This document shows, piece by piece, positions 58,498-64,000 of a DNA stretch of 64,000 nucleotides. The stretch is from NCBI GenBank assembly GCA_913043225.1, contig CAJWLU010000001.1, positions 160,001-224,000 on the forward strand, in the 5' to 3' direction. The notes under the pieces are model-generated. The model was not told the DNA's origin, made no database searches, and saw nothing but the letters and a program-made list of their open reading frames with translations. The stretch's first letter is position 1. Each line of letters begins with the position of its first letter. A program made the translations under genes and the position numbers. Source of the stretch: an uncultured Acidobacteriota bacterium. Lineage in GTDB: Bacteria > Acidobacteriota > Vicinamibacteria > Vicinamibacterales > UBA8438.

Positions 58498-59384
58498 GCG
58501 TACTCCTCTCGGAAACGCTCACGAAGCCAGTTGCTCACTAGGTTGAGCAAAAACGTGCTCACGAAAAGCAGCATGCCTACCGCGAAGATCGTGCGATAGG
58601 CCAGCGTTCCCGTGGGCGTATCACCGAGACTCACCTGCACGATGTAGGCGGTCATAGTCTCGATGGACACCAGGGGGTTGGCGGTCAATCTGGGCTGCTG
58701 ACCAGCGGCGATCGTGACGATCATCGTCTCGCCGATAGCCCTGGATACGGCGAGGATGCCGGCCGCCGAGATACCGGACAATGCCGCCGGGAGCACTACC
58801 CGCAACGTCGTCTGCATCTTGGTGGCACCGAGTGCATAGGCCGCTTCGCGCAACCCACCGGGCACACCGCGCAGTGCGTCTTCGGAGAGGGACGAGACCA
58901 TGGGCAAGATCATGATCCCCATCACCAATCCTGGGCTGAGCGCGTTGAAGCCTGACAATCCCGGGATGACCTGCTGCAGGAGCGGGGTAACGAACAGAAG
59001 CGCAAAGTAGCCGTAAACGACCGTCGGCACTCCCGCCAAGACCTCAAGGATCGGCTTGACGACTCGACGCACCCGAGCCGGGGCGTACTCGCTCAAGTAG
59101 ATCGCGGTGAGCAAGCCGGCCGGCCCGGCGACACTCATGGCGATGACCGAGACCAGCAGAGTGCCACTCACCAAGGGCAGCACCCCGAACGATTTCTGGA
59201 AGAAGAGCGGGGTCCAGACGGTACCGAACAGGAAGTCGACCGGGGACACCTCTCGGAAGAACTGCAGGGTCTCAACGGCCAGCACCGAGATAATCCCGAG
59301 AGTCACGACGATGGAGAGGGCGGCACACGCAAACAGCACCGACTCGATGAGCCGCTCGATCCGAGCACGCCAACTCCGGGTCAT
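58494..59384 (-). CDS. pstC: Phosphate ABC transporter permease
   Basis: [29 protein letters not shown]. Confidence 0.95.
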   Translation of the reverse strand: MTRSWRARIERLIESVLFACAALSIVVTLGIISVLAVETLQFFREVSPVDFLFGTVWTPLFFQKSFGVLPLVSGTLLVSVIAMSVAGPAGLLTAIYLSEYAPARVRRVVKPILEVLAGVPTVVYGYFALLFVTPLLQQVIPGLSGFNALSPGLVMGIMILPMVSSLSEDALRGVPGGLREAAYALGATKMQTTLRVVLPAALSGISAAGILAVSRAIGETMIVTIAAGQQPRLTANPLVSIETMTAYIVQVSLGDTPTGTLAYRTIFAVGMLLFVSTFLLNLVSNWLRERFREEYA

Positions 59385-59410
59385 GATAGCGACGACTCAG
59401 GTTGTCGTGG

Positions 59411-60457
59411 TCAGTGTCCGGCGCCGGTCAGGAGACTGGACAACGAAGCCATCTCATTCCCATGACCATACATCGTGCCGGTCACACGATCCTCAACCCG
59501 CTGCTCAACCAGTGCATACTCCTGGTCGGTCAGCGGCACATAGCCGACTTCGCGAACCAGGCTGGCGCCCTCATTGAGGAAGTACCCCACGAATCCAGAG
59601 ACCTCAGGTCGGTCCAACGCCGACGGATTCACGTAGATGTAGACCGGCCTGGATAGTGGCTGGTAGGTACCGTCGCGCACCGTGTCCGGCGAGGGCTCGA
59701 TGGCACCGGCACCGTTGGCGTCGTCTTCGTCGTCAATGGCCACCAGGTTGAGCCGATCCTGATTCTCCTCATAGTAGGCGTAGCCAAAAAACCCCATGGC
59801 TAGCTCGTCGGTGGACACTCCCTGGACGAGAACATTGTCATCCTCGCTGGACGTGAAATCGCCGCGGCTGGCGCCCTCGTTACCCACAATCACCTGCGTG
59901 AAGTAGTCAAACGTGCCAGAGTCAACACCGGGACCGAACAGGCGCAACTCTTGATCCGGCCATCCGGGCTTCACCTGGTTCCATCGGGTAATCTCACCCT
60001 GGGCAGCAGGTTCCCAGATCCGCTTGAGATCGGCAGGCGTCAGGGTGCCCACCCAGTCGTTCGACGGATGAGTCACAACGGAGATGCCGTCGTAGGCGAC
60101 GGGAAGCTCGATGAACTCGATGCCGGCCTCCGCACACGCCGCGACCTCAACGTCCTTGATCGGCCGTGATGCATCGGAGATATCGATCTCACCGGCACAG
60201 AATTTCTTGAACCCGCCACCGGTCCCGGAAACACCTACCGTGACCCTGGTCCCCGGATTGGCCAGCTGATACTCCTCAGCCACCGCTTCGGCAATCGGGA
60301 AGACCGTGCTCGAGCCGTCCACGGTAATGACAGACATCGCCCCTTCGCCGCCGCTGCCACCGCAGGCCCAGAGCCCAGCAAACAAGACCAGAACGAACAG
60401 TGCTCCGGGGGGACGAGATATGAACGGGAGGGACGAGGCACGGTCTTCATTCATCAT
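59411..60457 (-). CDS. pstS: Phosphate-binding lipoprotein
   Basis: [32 protein letters not shown]; lipobox LWAC. Confidence 0.95.
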   Translation of the reverse strand: MMNEDRASSLPFISRPPGALFVLVLFAGLWACGGSGGEGAMSVITVDGSSTVFPIAEAVAEEYQLANPGTRVTVGVSGTGGGFKKFCAGEIDISDASRPIKDVEVAACAEAGIEFIELPVAYDGISVVTHPSNDWVGTLTPADLKRIWEPAAQGEITRWNQVKPGWPDQELRLFGPGVDSGTFDYFTQVIVGNEGASRGDFTSSEDDNVLVQGVSTDELAMGFFGYAYYEENQDRLNLVAIDDEDDANGAGAIEPSPDTVRDGTYQPLSRPVYIYVNPSALDRPEVSGFVGYFLNEGASLVREVGYVPLTDQEYALVEQRVEDRVTGTMYGHGNEMASLSSLLTGAGH

Positions 60458-60478
60458 GGGTCTACCCTAGCCTTCAGC

Positions 60479-60517
60479 AATTTCGTGACTGTTACGACCT
60501 TGTTAATTCCATGTAAA
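60479..60517 (-). promoter_or_regulatory. Pho-box array upstream of pstS
   Basis: Minus strand TTTACA-n5-TTAACA-n5-GTAACA-n5-GAAATT, 11-bp period, ending 9 nt before TAGGGT. Confidence 0.8.
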
Positions 60518-60527
60518 CGACCGCCAC

Positions 60528-60608
60528 TCAGACCAACCAGGGCCCCTCGTCACGGTCCTCGCTGAAACGGTAGCCAAGCCCGAACACCGTCTTGATCTGC
60601 GCGGTGGC
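60528..60608 (-). pseudogene. C-terminal remnant of an OmpR/PhoB winged-helix regulator
   Basis: Reads ATAQIKTVFGLGYRFSED...; matches the I.TV.G.GYRF wing motif; no start or receiver domain. Confidence 0.7.
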
Positions 60609-60676
60609 GGCTCGGAACCGCCAGCCACGGCGTGCGGCCACCACCGCTAGCAGTCCCACGGAGCAGGACTACCATC

Positions 60677-60740
60677 GGGGCAAAGCCCCATAGAGTGTGG
60701 ACGAGACAGGGCTGGCGTGAGGTATGGGGCAACGCCCCAT
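60677..60740. repeat. Two copies of a small GC hairpin
   Basis: GGGGCAAAGCCCCAT (60677-60691) and GGGGCAACGCCCCAT (60726-60740) just downstream of the porin stop. Confidence 0.6.
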
Positions 60741-60747
60741 CTAAGAC

Positions 60748-61902
60748 CTAGAACCGAACGATCGCGGCTACGTGCGGTCGGGTTAACCAGTTGTCGTTTG
60801 CCCCGGTGCCGGTGACGAGACGTCGACTGATGTGCATCGTCAGGTCTAAGGTCAAGTTGGGTACCGGGACGTAAGCGATGGTGAACATGTGCAGCCAGAG
60901 ATTGGTTCCGGGCATATCACTGAACACGAACGGTGACAGCGCCGCTTCCTGTTCGATCCGTCCGATCGTATAGCCCAGCTCATACGTACCGGTCTCACCG
61001 GAGCCGCCATACTCCGCTTCGAACCACATGCCGGTGTCTTGGTCTGTAGCGGCACGCGTGTTCTTGAGGTATTCACCGAGCATGCGGAGTGGGTAGTGTT
61101 CGCGCCCGGTATCGAACTCGGCCTGGACAATGGTATCGACCATGTTGAAGTCCGACACGAGCCCGATGATGTTTCCGGCGGCGTCCCGCTCAACCTGGTT
61201 CGTGAGCAAGCTGTTCAATGGACCGGTGGCTCGCCCCACCGCCACCTGGTCGACATTGCCGAACGCGTAGTCGGCGACCGACACTTGTAATCGGTGAGGC
61301 CCAAAGCGGAACCCAACCTCGCCATAAGCCGCGAGCATGTACGCATCCTGGTCACGACTGACCTCATTGACGGCGGTCTGGAGCGCCAGCAAAGTCACAT
61401 CGACTCGGTCGCTGAGCTCCCAAGCGACCTGCTCGTAGCCGCCCTCAAAATTGAGGTCGTCGTCCCACACCATCTGAGTCCGAGTCATCGGCGAGCCGAA
61501 CTTGCCCATCGCGAGCGTGAGCGCGGATCCACCGGGGTTGTACCGGATGTTAGCCCGATCGAGATTGAACGGCTTGGGGCGAAAGAAGCTGGTGAATGTC
61601 TGATTGGTGGACACCGGAGTCCCCGGGTCACCACTGGCGATCTGAATCTGCAGCCGGGTATCGTCGTTAATTTCGGTGTCGATCCGTAGCCGCAGCCGGA
61701 AACGGGTGCGGTGGCGGGCTTCGCGATCGGTCTGATAGAAACCCTCGTAGCGGGAGCGGAAATCTCCGCCGAACTGGATCCGCTCATACCAGGCCGTCTG
61801 AGCCTCAGCGGGGACATTTCCCACCAGCAATAACATTCCAATCAACAACAAGTGCCAACTTGGCCGACTCACCGCTCCAATCGCTATCGTGGGTTTAATC
61901 AT
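60748..61902 (-). CDS. Putative outer-membrane porin, probably phosphate-starvation induced
   Basis: Signal peptide, F.GDFR.RYE, R.RFRLRL, P.STNQT, amphipathic strands, terminal Phe; upstream of pstS. Confidence 0.8.
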   Translation of the reverse strand: MIKPTIAIGAVSRPSWHLLLIGMLLLVGNVPAEAQTAWYERIQFGGDFRSRYEGFYQTDREARHRTRFRLRLRIDTEINDDTRLQIQIASGDPGTPVSTNQTFTSFFRPKPFNLDRANIRYNPGGSALTLAMGKFGSPMTRTQMVWDDDLNFEGGYEQVAWELSDRVDVTLLALQTAVNEVSRDQDAYMLAAYGEVGFRFGPHRLQVSVADYAFGNVDQVAVGRATGPLNSLLTNQVERDAAGNIIGLVSDFNMVDTIVQAEFDTGREHYPLRMLGEYLKNTRAATDQDTGMWFEAEYGGSGETGTYELGYTIGRIEQEAALSPFVFSDMPGTNLWLHMFTIAYVPVPNLTLDLTMHISRRLVTGTGANDNWLTRPHVAAIVRF

Positions 61903-61924
61903 TCTGGCAAGACTAGTCTCAGCG

Positions 61925-61963
61925 CATTACACACCAGTTTCAAACGCGTTAAATCGATGTAAC
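61925..61963 (-). promoter_or_regulatory. Pho-box array upstream of porin
   Basis: Minus strand GTTACA-n5-TTAACG-n5-GAAACT-n5-GTAATG, 11-bp period, ending 9 nt before TAGTCT. Confidence 0.72.
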
Positions 61964-61970
61964 TTAGGTA

Positions 61971-62093
61971 GTTCAGAGCCGTCGGTGAGCACGGCGCTGA
62001 CCGTCAGCATCGTGACCCGCACCCGAATCGCCTCTGCCACTGCCCAACGCCGTCCCGATGATCATGGGAGCCAATGTCGGCACCGCCGAGACG
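61971..62093 (+). pseudogene. Frameshifted remnant of a Na+/phosphate cotransporter (NptA/SLC34-like)
   Basis: VQS/SVSTALTVSIV followed in another frame by LPNAVPMIMGANVGT, the QSSS and MGANxGT family signatures in the right order. Confidence 0.75.
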
Positions 62094-62164
62094 CCGACCG
62101 TCGGTGGATCTGCGCGTCGCACCCAAGCGGCCTGTGGTAGCGTGATGGTTGTGAGCACGTGCCG

Positions 62165-63007
62165 ATGACGCCAAGACATACTCCTACCTTCGCCGGCACC
62201 CTCATCCTGACCGGCGCGATCCTGCTGTCCGCCTCGACGACGGCCGCGCAGACGTCGACCGCAGACGAAATCGTCGATCTGGCGGTGACCCGTGCCGAGC
62301 TTCAGCGAGACGCGGGCCTGGACCAGGCGTTCAAGGCGACGCTCGAGTCAATCACCGAACAGCTCGACGGAAACGGCGCGGTCAAGGAGACCGAGCGCGC
62401 AACCTACCGCCAGTACCCGGTGGAAGGCGTGATCTTCGAGGAACTCGTCGCTCGCGAGGGTAAGCCGCTTGATGAGGATGACGCCGAGGACGAGGCGAAG
62501 CGCCGTGACAAGTTCGCCAGGGAGGTGCGTGAACGCCGCACCAAGGGCGAGGATCCGGAACCGGAGGACGAGAACCGCGTCGCGTTCGACAGCGAGTTCG
62601 TCGAGCGCTATCAGTTCGACCTTGTCGGAGAGGAGTCGGTCGAGGGCATCGCCTGCTGGATCGTCGCTCTTAAGCCAAAACCTGGAAAACTGCCAGAGCG
62701 GCGACGTATCGACACCGCCTTGAACAAATCGACGGGGCGACTCTGGATCAGTCAGGAAGACTACGGACTGGCCCGGGTCGAGTTCGAGATGGCCAGCTCG
62801 GTCCGTTTCTGGGGCGGTATTCTCGGGACGCTCCGTAACACCGTGGGACGGATGGAGTTTCGGCGCTACGACAACGATACGTGGCTGCCGCAGCAGATCG
62901 ACATCCGTCTCGACCTACGCATTCTCTTCAGCAACATCCGTCGGCGAATCGTACGCGAGTGGATCGAGTACACGCCCCTACCCCTGCCTTCGACGCTACC
63001 GGGCTGA
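62165..63007 (+). CDS. Exported hypothetical protein (beta-rich, LolA/MucB-like fold possible)
   Basis: Signal peptide; F.LVGEE.V.G..CW....KP, G.LWI...D. Confidence 0.7.
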   Translation: MTPRHTPTFAGTLILTGAILLSASTTAAQTSTADEIVDLAVTRAELQRDAGLDQAFKATLESITEQLDGNGAVKETERATYRQYPVEGVIFEELVAREGKPLDEDDAEDEAKRRDKFAREVRERRTKGEDPEPEDENRVAFDSEFVERYQFDLVGEESVEGIACWIVALKPKPGKLPERRRIDTALNKSTGRLWISQEDYGLARVEFEMASSVRFWGGILGTLRNTVGRMEFRRYDNDTWLPQQIDIRLDLRILFSNIRRRIVREWIEYTPLPLPSTLPG

Positions 63008-63066
63008 CACCGCCGTTCGCCTACTGTTAAGATACGCTTGAGTTCGCGTCTACAGCAGGGGTCGAA

Positions 63067-64000
63067 ATGCGTACATCCGGGCTTCGGTCCGCCGCAATCG
63101 TACTCGCACTGATCGTCAGCGCCGGCGTCGCCTATGGCGGCCAGAACACGAACGCCACTGACCAGCAGGCGCTCGTGAACCGCTATTGCCTGAGTTGCCA
63201 CAACAACCGGGCAATGCGCGGTAACTTGTCACTAGAACAGGCACCCCTGGCGGGGATTGCCGACCACCTCGACGTTTGGGAAAAGGCACTGAAGAAGCTC
63301 AGGGCGGGAGCCATGCCGCCCGATGGCGCGCCACGGCCAGAGCCGGAGCGCTATGCCGGACTAGTGCGCTATCTCGAGACCACCCTCGATACCCTCGCCC
63401 AAGCCGATCCCAACCCGGGTCGCACGGAGACCTTCCGACGACTCAACCGGACTGAATACCGCAACGCCGTCCGTGACCTACTCGACCTTGACGTCGATGT
63501 GGCCACGCTCCTGCCGCGCGACGACGCCAGCTACGGCTTCGACAATGTCGGCGTGGTAGAGCTCTCACCGACGCTGATGGAGAGGTACCTCAGCGCGGCG
63601 CAGAAGATCAGCCGGCTGGCCGTAGGGAGCAGCGGCATCGTGCCGGGAAGCCGGGTCGTTGTACTGCGCCCCGATCTCACCCAAGAAGGACATCTCGACG
63701 GACTTCCCTTCGGGACCAGGGGCGGAACCCTGCTGAAGCACAACTTCCCGCTCGATGGCGAGTACGAGGTCGAGGTACGACTGGCGCGTAACCGGAACGA
63801 GAACGTGGAAGGCCTCCGGGAGCCTCACGTTCTGGAGATGACGCTCGACGGCTACCGCCTCGAGCTGTTCAACGTGGTACCCAACAGGAACCGGCTGGGC
63901 AGCTACTACGCCGACGAGGACGTAGACCGGCACCTCAATCTCAGAATCCCCGTCACCGCCGGGCCGCATACGGTAGGCGCCGCCTTCCTGCAGAACAACT
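63067..64000 (+). CDS. DUF1592-type multidomain c-type cytochrome (3' end outside window)
   Basis: Not in ORF track; MRTSGLRS signal peptide, YCLSCHN, WEK..KKLRAGAMPP, RRLNRTEYRN, GFDN. Confidence 0.88.
   Translation, partial: MRTSGLRSAAIVLALIVSAGVAYGGQNTNATDQQALVNRYCLSCHNNRAMRGNLSLEQAPLAGIADHLDVWEKALKKLRAGAMPPDGAPRPEPERYAGLVRYLETTLDTLAQADPNPGRTETFRRLNRTEYRNAVRDLLDLDVDVATLLPRDDASYGFDNVGVVELSPTLMERYLSAAQKISRLAVGSSGIVPGSRVVVLRPDLTQEGHLDGLPFGTRGGTLLKHNFPLDGEYEVEVRLARNRNENVEGLREPHVLEMTLDGYRLELFNVVPNRNRLGSYYADEDVDRHLNLRIPVTAGPHTVGAAFLQNN

Noticed and set aside
60670..60745. c-di-GMP riboswitch or CRISPR repeat (GCAAAGCC, duplicated hairpin)
   Set aside because: Only two 15-nt copies, no cas genes, and the other riboswitch elements are missing; kept as a simple repeat

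Overview
High-GC bacterial chromosomal segment, most likely from an Acidobacteriota of subdivision 6 (Vicinamibacterales-like). This is inferred from an ADOP-permease remnant and repeated DUF1592/DUF1552/ankyrin modules, not from a marker gene. About 60 intact CDSs are present. Housekeeping genes: typA, slyX, recQ, rph, rdgB, ppk1, bfd/bfr with a Fur-like box. A complete Pho locus (porin, pstSCAB, phoU, phoB, phoR) carries two matching 11-bp-periodic Pho-box arrays. A fatty-acid modification cluster resembles the furan-fatty-acid pathway. There are many exported redox and beta-propeller proteins. Best leads: (1) a hidden exported selenoprotein, split in the ORF track by an in-frame TGA, with a UxxC thioredoxin fold, a SECIS-like hairpin and a fused DsbD-N domain; (2) three copies of an uncharacterised di-haem DUF1592 protein, two paired with a Tat-exported His/Cys DUF1552 protein, with the selenoprotein lying between those two modules; (3) an operon with a Tat-exported FMN hydroxy-acid oxidase, an apparently catalytically dead paralog, a PQQ dehydrogenase and cytochrome c; (4) a Cys/His-rich leader ORF ending in PPPRA upstream of a CxCC propeller protein, possibly a metal-sensing ribosome-arrest peptide. 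Intergenic spaces hold several recognisable gene scars (ADOP, GT4, OmpR-type regulator, Na/Pi cotransporter). No rRNA, tRNA, CRISPR array or intact mobile element was recognised. All family calls come from motif recognition by eye, not database searches.
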